Assembly: GCA_000708835.1 (NCBI GenBank)
Contig: DF237533.1
Location: forward strand, 1-54,913
Length of the DNA: 54,913 bases
Direction: 5' to 3'
Source: Klebsormidium nitens
Taxonomy: Eukaryota; Plantae; Klebsormidiophyceae
Positions 24,365-37,400 of this stretch are shown in pieces. Below the pieces are notes generated by a model. That model saw only the letters and a list, made by a program, of their open reading frames with translations, was not told the DNA's origin and made no database searches. The stretch's first letter is position 1; each line of letters begins with the position of its first letter. The position numbers and the translations under genes are program-made.

Positions 24365-25528
24365 ATGGCGGCAGCAATGGCAAGCATCGCGTCCGGCATG
24401 CACTCTCTACCCACCGACATTTTGGACGGGGTCACAGAGAGAGTTCGTCGGGACTGCACGGACAGCTTTCAAGCGCTGGAGAAGACGAGCAAGGGCTTTC
24501 ATGAGTCTGCAAGGAGGTGCACTCAGTCACTAATCATGAGACCTCCGTTGCTGGCTGAGGGGCAGAACGGAGATGCACCAGAATCCTCTCAAAAAATGGA
24601 GCAGCAACAGAAGATTCTCGTGAAGGAGATCAACAAGCGGCCTAACCTTTCCAAGCTGACAGTGCATGAGTCAGTCTTCGTGGAGCCAGGCAGCAAGTCC
24701 TCAATTCTAAAGGCTCTGTCAGGCGTATCTTGGGTCTCTTGCACTATCTTTGGCCACAGATTGGACTCAGCTGCGCAAGCTGCCTTCAGCACCAGATCGC
24801 AACTGGTTACCTGGGAGGGTTCTTCAAGCAAGCGCGCGCTCTCTGCTTCCAAAGCAAGCTTGAAAGAACTGACCCTGGTGGATTTCGATTTCAGCGAGTC
24901 GAAGCTCTCAAAATTGGCTCAGCCTTTCCTTAATCTGATGTTCTTGAAGCTCGGAGGCTATGGATGCGCAGTAAACGTGCAGCATGAAAAGTTGGAAGAG
25001 CTTGACATTTTGGGAATCTGGGATCCTTCATATTCATATCCGAAGAAACCTGTTCGTTTCCAAGGCGCGTGGCTGCCGAGTCTTCGACACCTCATAGCAC
25101 CTGCATGCTGCAAGACCGCACCCGGGAACGGCAGAATCCTTCTCTTGGAGTCATTCGCAGACCGTCTTCGACTGCCCCGCAATCTGGAGGTTTTGACGCT
25201 TCAATGGCAAACGACGATTGAGTTTGGGGAACTGGTCCATGGAAACCGTCTACAGAAGCTGCTTTCGAAGTCCGAATGCCCGCATCTTCAGAAGATACAC
25301 GTGCAAGTGACGGAGGCAGCGGCACGAGAGAGTAGCGTGGATCTGGCCTGCACTGGCGAACTGTTCCGTTCTGAGACGAGGCGTCTTTTCAGAACCTGTC
25401 AATCGCTTGAAGAGCTCTGCTTCAACGATTCCAACGAAGAACTGATTGTGAAGTGGGAGAGAACTTCGGAAGGAGTCATAGAGTCCGACTGGGGATTTGG
25501 CCAGCTTCGTACGCGAACCATCCTTTGA
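24365..25528 (+). CDS. Intronless 387-aa protein, F-box-like N-terminus plus LRR/RNI-like repeats
   Basis: Long ATG-initiated ORF. SLPTDILDGV...ALEKTSKGFHESARRC resembles an F-box. LxxLxL units include LSKLTV, LKELTL, LMFLKL, LEELDI, LRHLIA, LEVLTL, LQKIHV, LEELCF. Confidence 0.65.
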   Translation: MAAAMASIASGMHSLPTDILDGVTERVRRDCTDSFQALEKTSKGFHESARRCTQSLIMRPPLLAEGQNGDAPESSQKMEQQQKILVKEINKRPNLSKLTVHESVFVEPGSKSSILKALSGVSWVSCTIFGHRLDSAAQAAFSTRSQLVTWEGSSSKRALSASKASLKELTLVDFDFSESKLSKLAQPFLNLMFLKLGGYGCAVNVQHEKLEELDILGIWDPSYSYPKKPVRFQGAWLPSLRHLIAPACCKTAPGNGRILLLESFADRLRLPRNLEVLTLQWQTTIEFGELVHGNRLQKLLSKSECPHLQKIHVQVTEAAARESSVDLACTGELFRSETRRLFRTCQSLEELCFNDSNEELIVKWERTSEGVIESDWGFGQLRTRTIL

Positions 25529-26997
25529 GAAGTGAAGATAGGAAGCATGAATGTTAGTGACGTTTGATGTCTACGTCTGCAAGTTAGTGCTGTTCCCCTT
25601 AAAGCTTGAGCTGCTCTGTACAGTAAGCGAGTACAGGAGGTTAAAGGGTGCTCGAGTGAAGAGGATACAATATCGACAGACTCTTACGGATGCGTGTGAT
25701 CGGCAAGGACTATGCATTTCTACAGTGGCTCACTTCTCCATCGATCGATCTGAAAGGGTGTCGGAGATAGATATAAGAAAATGCTTCCGAAGAAGATTGT
25801 ATGAACGAGGAGTCACAGGCGCCTATCAGATGCCTCGAAGCAGTGTTACAGATCGTCCACCATTTGCCAGGAAAAGGGGGTACAAGCTTAATGATGTACA
25901 GTGTGTTTCAATTCGCATGTGCACATGACTGCCGCATGGCGGCACATGGTCTGTTCATAGTTCAAGGTTCTTCTCATCTCGACAATCTTAACTTCAAAAA
26001 GGTGTTTACTTTTCTTGATGGACGGTCGGCAACGTACAAATGCATGGCCATGGGCCTCGCGGCCTTGGCCAGAGTCTGCACATTTGCAAGTAACCGTCAC
26101 TGCAAATTTGGGCGCGCGCCGCGTATGCCAGATGCAGACATGCGCCATGGCTGTACAGTCCGGCCACGCCCTGCGCTCCAGATCGCGAGGATAAGGAGCC
26201 GGGCAATGATGCAGTGGGTGTCCCGAGCTAGGACATATCATTGCATTCGCGGCCCAGCCCCCACGTTCATGAAACGTACTGCAGACGTTAAGTTCACATG
26301 AATTGACTGCTTTTTGTTCGCTGAATGCTCACGATTGAGCCCAGATAAAAAGTCCTAGCATGAGCTCCAGAAACGCAGATCTTTGAAGATTCGGCAGCCG
26401 TGAATACATGGTGAAAATTGCAACGACGTAATTTCAGCATCTGAAAGCAGTATTCCATCCGATCGCTTCCCGAATTTCGAAACGTCTACTTGGCTCCCGA
26501 ACCTGCTAATGAGAAAACGCTTGCTCCTGATCAGACTGCCTGGGTGACCGACTAGCCAACGGGCTGCCTCAATCGACTTATTCCTGATAATTATGCTATC
26601 CAACGAGCTGTACAAGGCCTGCCAACACTGGTACTACACTAAATCGACTTCCAAAGTAATTGACGCCTAGACGATTCTAAGCTGTTGCCCTGCACAATAT
26701 CAACACTATGAACGGCGCGGCGCCAATCCAACGCCGCGCATCAACAATTCGCAAAGAATGAGCGAGCGGGTTGTCCGGTTCGCATCTTTACCCCATTCAT
26801 CCCTTCCCCTCAACACCGTACTACTCTTCTTCCCTGTAGGCAGGAAGCAGAAGCTCCGGCTTTTGGAATATCCCACAAGTGAGCGGGGTTTTCGAGTCAT
26901 CTTATCGCCCCAACCGATCCCCTTCCCCAAACGCCGTACCAACTTTTCTTCTGAAGCGCCAATTTCGCCTTCCGATCTTTCCCAGTACGGTTTCCCC

Positions 26998-29900
26998 TCA
27001 ACGGCGTACCAGCTCTTCCTCCTTAGGGGCCGGCAGCGAGAACTTCGGCTTCCGATCTCTCCCGGCGCGCGACGCATCCCTCCATCGCCGGGCGGCCGCA
27101 GCCATAGCCTTGGCGCGGCTCATGCCGGTCGCTGTCTTCTCGCGCTTTTCCTTCTCGTCGTCCGACTCGTAGCTGGTTCCCCCAACCAGATCTTCCGCCA
27201 TTTCCCAGGGAGCCTTCGCCCAGAACGGAGTGACCTTCTTGCCCGGGGGAGCCTGCTTCTCTTTGTAGGCCTTCGCCCGGGCCGTTTCCTGAGACAGCAT
27301 TAGAAGGTGCTTCACTTTCAAAGTACGCTTAAACTCTGAACGTCAGATGGCGGAAAGTATCGAGGATAGAAGCATGCTCGTCAAACCTTTCCCAGTCACG
27401 ATTGGGAAAAGCGTGTCACCCCGGGAAAAAACTACTGAACTCTGTGATCCAACAAGCGGGCAACTGTAGTCGATACAAAGTATGCTCGTCAGACGCCAGA
27501 AGCTTTGCGTCAGCACTCGATTCCAACGGCGACTTACAAGCACAATTTGATGCATGATGCAACTCCGCGCGATGGTACCGTCCATTCGACGGAGCCGCAT
27601 CAACGGGCATGAATCGGATGTCAAGATGTCGGATGATATCAGTCGTTTTGCAGCCCTCGGAAAACGCCTGACACGCTCGTCAGTTTGTACGGCCTCGGTC
27701 ATCCACATTTAGTTGCTTCAGGGCTCTTTTCTAATGCTATCTCGCATTTTGACCTCTGTCCGCTTCTACTACACGTCGAAGTACCAGCTGAGGGACAGAC
27801 GTCAGCAAAGGGTAAGCAAGAGGAGGGGCCGCTTACCACTGCACGCGCCTGTCGTTTATCCCAGCGCCAGGCGGCCTGTGAGAATACGTCCTGCCCGCCG
27901 TGACCCTGGCCCGCCAGCATGAGGCCCACGTTCACGCGCTCGAGGCGTCGCATCTCGTCCTCGAGCAGGGTCAGCTGGGGGAGAGTTACCCAGTGGATGC
28001 ACGACACAGGACTGCGCAGAGGGGTTTGGACACGGTTAAGAGACAGGTTGGGGAAGTTTGTGAATGTTTAATCGTCCTCGAGCAGGGTCAGCTGGAGGAT
28101 ATACCCAGTGGACGCCTGACATGGGGCTGCGGAAAAATGTTTGGAAAGGGTTAGGAGACAGGTCGATTTCGCTTTGCCAATGTTGTGGAGCCTCTTGTCC
28201 TCGAGCGAGATCAGCTGCAGGGGGGTCAAGAACCAGTGGATGCACTGCGTAGAAGGATCAAGAAAGGTTCGAAAGACAACATACCTGGGCACAGAAGCCG
28301 GGCCAGGATTGCAGTAAGGTCAGAACGCCACTCAACAAACACTCGCTTTCGCCCGGCATTGAAGACGCGTCAGCAGAGTGAACCCGAGCCCAAATCCGCT
28401 GGCCCAAGCGTGACCATAATTTCGACAGATGCCTTCCTTGACTTCTTCAGCAGTGAACCAGAATGTCCAACAGCGTGAGGAAACTTGAATGATCTCGAAG
28501 CTCTTCTACTCACCACGTGTCGATGGCCTCCTGTACCAGTTCAGGCGCCTCTCCTGCCTGATCCATTACTCGCGCTCGCCCATGTTCCGGTTCGATGTCG
28601 AATGTCTGAGGTGCGCAATTTGCGCAGTTCTTGCACCCTGTAACAAACGCCAATCAGAAGCATAAGCAAGTAGAACTAGTGTCTCCTCCGCATATTGACG
28701 AAAAAGCAGACTGTGGACTGCTTTGAGGACGTACAAAAGAGGAGAACACCATCCGACAGCAGGGTCTGAGGAATGCGTCGGTCGGTCCAAGACGATTGAG
28801 TGGCACACGTCAACGCAGCAATGGTGGGTGACACAGCTGCCTTAAGAGGTACAACAGAGGAAGGCAGTCATCAAAGCGTTCCATATGGTGCAAGCATCAA
28901 GCGAGGAATATCTGTGTATCTAGGATTCTTCCTTTTCTCGAGGTGGCAAGGCACTGACCAATGCAAGAGAATTCGTCGACGAAGGCCTGGTCGCGCTCCA
29001 GTGTGGTATTAAAGAAGGGGTTCTGGGACGTCAGCGTGAAGCCATTGATCTCGTCATAGATGGCGCGCTGGTCCGGGTCGCTCAACACCTGCGATAATGA
29101 GCAGACGTTACGGGCGTTGGATGAATTTATGCACATCCCACAGCACACAGATTCAAATGGAAGATACGGCTGGAAAATCGCGGAAACAAACAAGCATCCG
29201 ATGGAACCCCGCGCAGAGCGATCAGAATGGATGTGCCATGAAGCATGTGCTTGGATAAGATTATCAAAAAGAGCGAAAGGGATGCAACTAGGCACAACAA
29301 CCCCATTGCGCCCAATTCCGGAAGGGTCTGTCAGGTGAGAGTATGCAAGTGATGGAAGGTAAAATCGAGAAACAATGTAGGCATACTTGTGGTAAGACAA
29401 TTGAGCCTGTTCGCACAGGCTCTCCCTAAAGATAGGGAGGGGACACTGGCCTTGTCCTTCATGAAAGAGACCCAGGCTGGGGGCGTCAGAGCCATATCCA
29501 ACAGATGTATATTGAGACTGGGGGGGAGAAAGAGATGGAGCAGAGGGACTTCTAAGATAGAAAAAAGCAATCTGAACAGCAACTCCCAATCTTTTAGTCA
29601 CGTTCCTACCCAGGTCCCGTAGTCTGTGTGTTAACAGAAGAGAGATATGTATGAAAAGACGAAAGCGGTATCTGGCGAAGGGTCAAACATATCAACCAGA
29701 TCTAAGAATCAATCTCTTCAAAGAGTGGTACCAAGCAGAAAAATGTAGAAAAACAACAGGCGCGTGTGTCTGTATCTGGAAAACGCGCAATTGAAGTTGA
29801 TGGCTGCCGTTGTAATTGTATGGGCATACCCTTTTCAGCAAAAATGTCCTACCTCGTACACCTCGTTGATAAATTTGCAGAAGGCGGTGCTGTCAGGATG

Positions 29901-30976
29901 CTCGCCCGTTAGGTCGGGGTGGCACTCTTTCATCATGCCGTAGTATGCCTTCCGGATCTGGCTGCCGCTTGCCTCCGGAGACTGCACACAGTATGTGGAT
30001 ACACTCTTACCACTGTTGATAAAAGTGAACAGTATGTCCAGAAGGATCAGAGGCACAAAGAGTGTACAGCGGATGAAGTGAAGATGCAGTCTCCGAGGCC
30101 CTTCAAAAAGGGTTTCCACTTAGTAACTTTTCTTGAACAATACGGTTACTGAAGGTCACATTGACGCCAAGCTCGGGCAGGATAGGAAGTCTAGTCGAAG
30201 ACAAAGTTAGGCTGTGGCCAGACATCTGATTGCCGTACAATATAAGAGAAGCTTGCAAGGACCTTGGGGCAATTTATGCGTTCACAAAATCTGCCTTCGC
30301 AACCGTCACCTTTGTTCAAGACGGCGTCATTAGTCGCATGCACATGTCACTCTGGAAATTGCCGAGTGCACAGCTTTCAAAAGATATCTCAAATGCAGCC
30401 TTGCTGTAAAGAAACAGGTTTAAGCTTAATGCAACCAGACCCTGTGAGGTTCATCGAAGTCTTTGAAAGCTCAAATAAGTTTACGAAGTACCTGCATGCA
30501 GTCTGGGGGCCTCCGCCAATGTCACAATCTCAAAGTTCAAAGGAGTTACTAAGCGTGCATCAGCACCGCACCAGAGCTAACCGGTGACTAGACAATCTTA
30601 CCAATCCAAGTACAGAGTAAAAATCCTCGGCAATTGTCTCCCCCAAAATGTCTATCTCAGTCCCTTGGTCGTAGCCGTCGAATGCTGCTGTTGTTGTCCC
30701 CTTTCGTCCCCTCACATGTCTTCTGCAATTCAGATTGTCCCTTGTCTTCATACCATGAGGGAACCGTCCAGCTTGAGCACCCGCATAGTGCTGAAAGCTC
30801 CGCTTATCATAAACCCACCCCCCTTTCTTCTGATTCCGCCCTGCTGCAGCTACAGCTATCGACGGGCATGCGTAAAAGGAGGGACACATTCTCCTGCTCG
30901 GCGCCCCTACTTTTCTTGTAGAGAAACCTCCCCATACAAGCGGCTGTACAAAGAGAGATGACGCAGAGGACGCCAT
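26998..30976 (-). CDS. Plastid DnaJ co-chaperone with 4Fe-4S ferredoxin-like domain (DJC76/CDJ3-5 family)
   Basis: Exons 30976-30602, 29981-29853, 29088-28959, 28637-28514, 28011-27837 and 27288-26998 are in phase. Transit-like N-terminus, DFYSVLGL, HPD motif, VDEFSCIGCKNC, AIDTCPVSCIHWV, AAAARRWR. Confidence 0.93.
27955..28256 (-). repeat. Exon 5 start segment of the DnaJ gene present three times (~120-bp period)
   Basis: Real exon segment 27955-28000. Degraded copies at 28072-28115 (first 24 nt identical) and 28193-28256 (with its own CAG acceptor). Confidence 0.85.
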
Positions 30977-31438
30977 TACGGGGGACAGGAGGGCGTGTCA
31001 GGAGCTCTGTAATGAGCGCATGCACCCCCTAGGCGAAGGAGAAACCTGGAGGCTGGAAATTGGAAGAAGAGAGGTCACAGGTGCTCGAAATGGATTCGAA
31101 AATTTGTCAAGTATTAAGTGAACCCTAGGTGGAACAACCTTGCGAGTGAACCCTAAATGCGAGTCTCACGACCCTTCAGAACACCCCCTCAAAGGCACCC
31201 AATTTCAGGGTCTCTGCCACTGCGTTTAGAATTCTACATGAATTGAATTCATGTCATAGCTCCATACATTCTACATGAATTTGCGGATGTGGGAACGTGC
31301 TGGACCTCTGAAAAGCCTGCAAGTGCCACAAGAAAGCGTCCAAATTCTGCAAAAATATCTCAAAAGTACTTTGCTTGTAAAGTTCCCACACCAGCCTTGG
31401 CAGCATCGTGGGCGAAGGAAGTCTACCAAGGCGAGACG
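30977..31438. promoter_or_regulatory. Divergent promoter region between the DnaJ and TPR genes
   Basis: Head-to-head ATGs about 460 bp apart. Two GTGAACCCTA motifs near 31108 and 31146 resemble telo-boxes. Confidence 0.45.
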
Positions 31439-34400
31439 ATGATCGCGACCAAGCGTCTTGCTGACGCCATGGTGCCAGCTTGCAGCGTTGGTGCGAGCAT
31501 CAAGGGGGCAATCTCGCTTCTGGAAAAGTTCCTGTCGCGTAACTGTTCAGCATGTGGCGCCTTGCATTCCGCCAAGGGGGTGGATGCAACGGATGAGCGC
31601 AGGTTGGTCAGTCTCGATGCCAATGCTGTGAGCCCTTCGTACAGAGAAGATAGTTCGCCAGTTGCAAGAATGATAGGTCTATCAGCCCTAAGGTTTCAAA
31701 GCCCCTCAACAAACTCTTGGAATATCATGCAATCATATCGGAATAAGCGGTTCTCCTTTTGTATCACCACCTTAGTGGGGCAGTGGGAGAACCACTTGTG
31801 CTTTCACACCACCTCAGAAGAGAGGGACTGGCAGTCTGGAAACAAGCGCTTCATCAATGAGGGTCCACACGAGCTCAGGGGGCTGTACATCCTCCTCCTG
31901 ATTCTAGGATCTTCTGGATTGACGCTAACCCAAGTTCAAGCAGACGCCACCCAGTCGAAGGCTGAGGGACTGAGCGTTCAGGAAGGTGACTCCCAGGAGG
32001 GTTTGCAAGTGCAAGATCTCCGTCCGGCAGGTGACGTGAAGACAAACTCCCACACGGCACGGTGGCGAATCTACACGGACACAGGCAGGGACCTCTTTTC
32101 TCAGGTGAGGAGCAAGGGGTCCTTCATGTGAATGGATCACGTGTGCACCTCGATCCAGACCAGTCGTTGATCTGATCGACCGTCCCAATGACCATGTTGG
32201 ACACCTCTCAAAGTCGGTTCCGAACTGGCCTCTTTGATTTGCGATTGCAAAGGCCCCTGCCACAAGTATGAGCCATTGCTGACTCTCCGGAACTGGCTTG
32301 ATGGGATTGGCAGCGTGACTGAAGAAAGGGGACATATCCATGTTGTGAATACAGAGATTAGGAGGCCTCTCGTTTCAGACCTTGGCCGTATTCCGGCTTG
32401 TTAGAGAAGTTTGGTGGGACATTTAGAAGGAGGGGTTGTTTCCATATTTGAACCATCAACCTGAACACATTGATGCCCCCTTGATTGCCCAGGGCCGCCT
32501 GGAGGAAGCAGAGAAGTACCTCACTCAGGCCTTGGAGCAGGCGAAGCTGGGGTTCGGGGAGCATGACCAGCATGTCGCGTCATCCTACCAGAACCTGGTA
32601 AGACCCGGTGGCCGGCTTTCACCTTCGTTAGGAGAGATATACTTCAATGGCATAAATAGGGTACCCGGAGGCAAGTTCCACACAGGTTCACAGCGGCTGC
32701 TTCGGTACTGTGCAGAAACTGGTTTAATCTGACGATTGGAGCAGTCTGGCAGGCTTGATATGCGTCTCAAGGTGCGGAGAGGCAAGCGCCATCTCACAGA
32801 GGGATGTTGCGCTCCGATCAGTCCCATTGAACACAAGGTCCTCGTGCCAGCCAACAGATCCCTCATCGCAAGACTTGCATCTCAGCAAGAAGAGGATAAT
32901 CTTCGCACAGCCTGCTAGTTCAGTTTTTATATAAATGGGTTTCGTTAGGCAGACCTAATCAGTCAAATTTAAACGTCCCACGAAATCAGAGTATTTTTGA
33001 CACTGGACAACGAAAGACTATACAAGCTTTTATTCGTTGTTTAGAATCTTCACGTCTTTTTCTTCCTCGTTCTTAGCCCCTGTCCATACGTCCACGCAGG
33101 CAGAGTTGTACCGGATCAGAGAAGACTTCGCAAGAGCGGAGCCGCTGTACGTAAAGGCTATCGACCAGTTGAAGGCAACTGTGGGGCCTGAAGATTTCAC
33201 CGTCGGGCAGGCGATGCACAACTTGGCTGGCTGTTACCTCGTGCAAAGGTACGCTCTCTCGACAAGTCGGTTCAGGAACTGTCCTGCGGGTGGTTTTTCT
33301 CATGTAACGTGCTCACACAGTCTACTGTAGAAGTCCACAAGATTGAACGCCTGCTGTCGAAGATCCATACAAAAGCATCCTAGTAGAGAGCAAGATAGGG
33401 AATGGATCTCATTCTCGTGCAACCCACCGCTTCTTGACAGGTAACTGGTCTTTTCTGTGTTTGAGCAAGGTCCGCTCAAAGTTTGTGGTTGCGAACTGAG
33501 AACGTTCAGAGGCAACCCCTGAGCCCGGCATGTATCGGATGAGCTTTTTTGAGCGCTCCTTGAAGGCTGTGTTTTGACTCAATCACTTCAAATCATGCAC
33601 TATCTGATCGTACATCGGGCGATCAATTCCCCATGCGCTTCATCGCTCCATCTGCTCCGAGTTCTGCATAAACTCACGCGCATCTGCTCCCATGCTTATG
33701 TGGACGGCTTCGCTGTTCACCATTTTCGAAGCGGGAGCAGACCATCTCACCACTTTCTTGTTTTTGGATAGGAACTTTGACATGGCACGGGAGTACTACG
33801 AACAAGCGTTGGAGATCAAAGGGAAGGCGTTGAGCACCGCACATCCGGAGTATGCCAACACGCAGTTCCATCTAGGAGAGGTGCGCAATTTATCTGTGCT
33901 TTCGTCTTCCTTCCTCTCTTCCCGTTCTTCCGCTCCACTTCTTGTGGTTGTCCTTATCTTGCTCTACTGGTAAGGACTTTGAAAGACAGCGGTTGCTGAA
34001 ATATATTCCCGTGTCGCTTGCTCGATCCGGCACGATTACATAATTTGTCGCCATTGAAGTGGTTAAAAATGGCCAGTGATGCATGGTCGTAGTCTCCAGT
34101 TGGAGCCCGCCTTGCGTTATCCTTCGATCCTCACATCAAAAGCCAATGCCGGCTCTTGCTTGCGGGGAGGCTACTCTCCCTTGTTACAGCTGACATCAAC
34201 ACGGTCTCGGCGTGATTTTACCTCGTCCGTTTCCTTTTCCTAGTGGGTCGGCACGATGACGCCGCCACCCTGATGCGGACTTCTTCTTCCAATTTCATGG
34301 CTATGACTACTTCCACTCATAGCTGACGTCAGTCTGCTCCTCACTTGACGCCATACCACTCACTTTCCTCAGGTTCGTCAGCACTCTCTTTCCTGACGTC

Positions 34401-37400
34401 GCGTCGTTCACTTTTTCCAGGTGCTGCGGCTACAAGGCCGGCACGACGACGCCGCCACCCTGATGCGAGGCTCCGTCAAGATTCTTGAGGAGGGGGGGGC
34501 CGCTCATACGCCGTCCGTCATCAGAAAGATGGCGCGGCTTGCAGAGATTCTGGTGAGGCCCCCATTGGTCCCAGCGTCGGCTGAGCGTCCTTTCTGTGTT
34601 GCGGTTTCTGGGATGCTCGGTTGTGAGCCACCAAGAGGCTTTTTCTGACTTTGTGGCGGACTGGCCGGATGGGAGCTATGGGAAGCACAAGAAAGGTTAT
34701 ATTGTATATGAGAGGTCCGCCTATGGGTATACAGGCAAGAGGTTAACGAGGGCGTCAGATTTCAAGGTACACTCGTGCATCTAAGTCCTGAGGAAAGCTT
34801 TCATCGGACGGCTCAGATTCCATCTCGAAAACTGCCTTCGGCGACCAAGCTGGACCTGATGCGGGGCAGTTTGGTCGCTTGATGTAGGACCGGTCCTGTG
34901 ACGCCCTCTTTAAAGGAGATGTTGTGCAAGGTGCGTCGCACTCAGGGGCTAGGACCTAAGATTCGTATCACCCTTGTTCCAAGAGTTCATTTCTGCCACT
35001 CAATATTGAGCTCACCTTGTAACAGACACAACCCTGAACCTTCAGGTGGACAGACGCGAACTAGCGGAAGCGGAAAAGTTGCAGCGCAAGGTGATCCACG
35101 CAGTCGAGATGGTCCAGGGGCCGAAGTCCGCCGCCCTCGCAACCGCTTCGGAGAACCTGGCGGCCACGCTTCTAGTTGCCGGGCGGAACGACGAAGCCGA
35201 GGAGCTGTTTCAAAGGTGGGTGTGCGTGCTCTTTCTACAACGCCCAAGTCGCAAGCTTTTTATTTGTTCCTTCTGAGCTTGTTCCCATTCTTCGATTAGG
35301 GCCTGGCGGCCATGGAAAAATACGCCGCTTCTGACAGCCGGGCGATACGACGAAGCCTAGGAGCTGTTTCAAAGGTGGGTGCGCGTGCCCATTTCACCAG
35401 ATTACGCCCAAAAGTTGCAAGCTTTTCTTTCGTGTCTTTCTGGCTTGTTACGGCAAAGGGGGCCTGCAGCAGCAATTGTTGTCGCCTCCGTCTTTTTGCC
35501 CTTGGAAGATAGATTCTTTCCCTTTGGTTCGAGTCAATGCCCAAGTAAGCCAACGTCAGCTTAAGTGCAGAGCGTTGGCTTTGGTTCCCGTGTTTCCTGT
35601 CACCCTTTTCCGTTCCAGTAGACGAATCCTGGCAATGCTCAAATATGACGCTACAGCGCTTTCAATCTGCTTCCTTGAGCCGTCTAACAAACGAACTCGG
35701 CGCTCCTTCTGCAGCGCTTTGCCGCTCTGAAAGGAGCTCACTTTCAACGGCCCAACCGTCGGCCGGACGCTCGCAGCTCTCTCGTAAATGATTATCACGC
35801 TTGCAGCTCTTTCCCTTGTTCTCCGTCTCCGCCGGACGCTTGTCTGCCTGGCTGAGGCAACGACGGGCGCAGACGAATGAAAAGCGGGGAAAGGCTGGAC
35901 TCTTTGTTAGCGCTCTGGTGAACGCTTTCTACTCTTATCTTCAGCACTCCGAAAGGAGCTCGATTCCAACGGCCCCACAGTCGGCCGGACGCTCGTGCGG
36001 AGGTGATGGAACAGCGGGCGGAGTCGCACGATAAGCGGGCGAAGGACTTGTTTTTCTTGTTCTCTGTCGCGCTCTGTTGAACAATCTCTATCTACCTTTT
36101 CCAGCGCTTTGGCGCTCCGAAAGGAGCTCGATCCCAACGGCCCCACAGTCGGCCGGGCGCTCGTCTGGCTTGCGGAGGTGACGGAGCAGCGGGCGCAGTC
36201 ACACGAAAAGCGGGGGGACGCGCAAGAAGCTCTGCAAGGGTACGAAGCCGCGGCGGAGCTGCTAGAGCCAGCGGTGCAAACTCTGGAAAAGGTGAACATT
36301 TGTACTACGTCGTTCCTTCGGATGAAGTTATCCTATGTTTTGAATCTCTCGGTTATCCTGAGTCCTCTCTTAGTTGTCTTTGTCGTGACCGTTTCTTTAT
36401 TTTTGGTGGCCTCGTTTGAACGGGCGGGGGCGCGTCACTTACGTATTGCTGCATGCGCTTGTCATTCCGTTGGTTTGCTCCCCGCCAGTTCGTCTTGAAT
36501 CTTCTGTTTACTCCGGGCTCTGCTCTCACCAAGCTCGTTTCAAGCTCATGTTGAGTGAGCTTCCGGTCAATTGGTCGATATTCGTTCATCCTCCATACTG
36601 CCCTGACTTGCAACAGCCGGCTTTCGTCTCCCTCACAGTCGTAGGGTCTGATTTCCAAACGTCTCCCTCAACACGTTCAAAATTACAATCGTAAAGTATG
36701 AGAAAACGAATCCAATCTTCTGCCAGGCCTGGCAAAAAGCCGGTTCTGCCCTCCAGGCCGCGCTCCGAGCGGACGCCACTGCCAAACGGAACGGTTCCGG
36801 GGTCCGAGACGCAGAGGCGCAGCTGCGAAAAGCGCAGGCGGCCATGCTCCCCAGGCTGCAAGAACTGGTACGTGCTCATTCACATCAAGCAACTTATGTG
36901 CCCATGCACTGGTGTAAAAAGGGACTCAAATTTGTTTGACGGAGGGCGCTCTTCCTGCTGTTAAGAGCCGGTAATTGCTTCCTCGCACATCTGCGCGTTT
37001 TCGCCTCGTAGCTCTGGTGTGACGTCTTTTCAAGCCTTACCATTAGAGCCTGGGTTATCGGCTGCAGGATCTTGGGAGCTTTTCTATGATGCCGGGGCAT
37101 TCGTTGAGACGCAAGGCTTTGGGGCCCCAATGGAAGGGCTGTAATTCCCAGGCTGCAAGAAGTTTGGGGTGCTTTTCTACATGTCCGCAGAGAAGGTTCT
37201 ACCTTAATGCCCTGTTTCACTCACCTTGAACGCACGCGCTTGTCGATCTCGGGCCCATTAGATTCAGGGTCAGCAAGTTGCAGCGCCAATTTGAAGTGCA
37301 TCAGGGGTTAACTTCACGGCTTTCGAACGTACACTCGACTCCCCGCCTTTCTGGGACGTTCCGAACAACCCGTCGGAAAGAAATATCGTCCCTGCGTCTC

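Noticed and set aside
25801-26301. 166-aa ORF
   Set aside because: Atypical composition, no splice or domain support; likely spurious.
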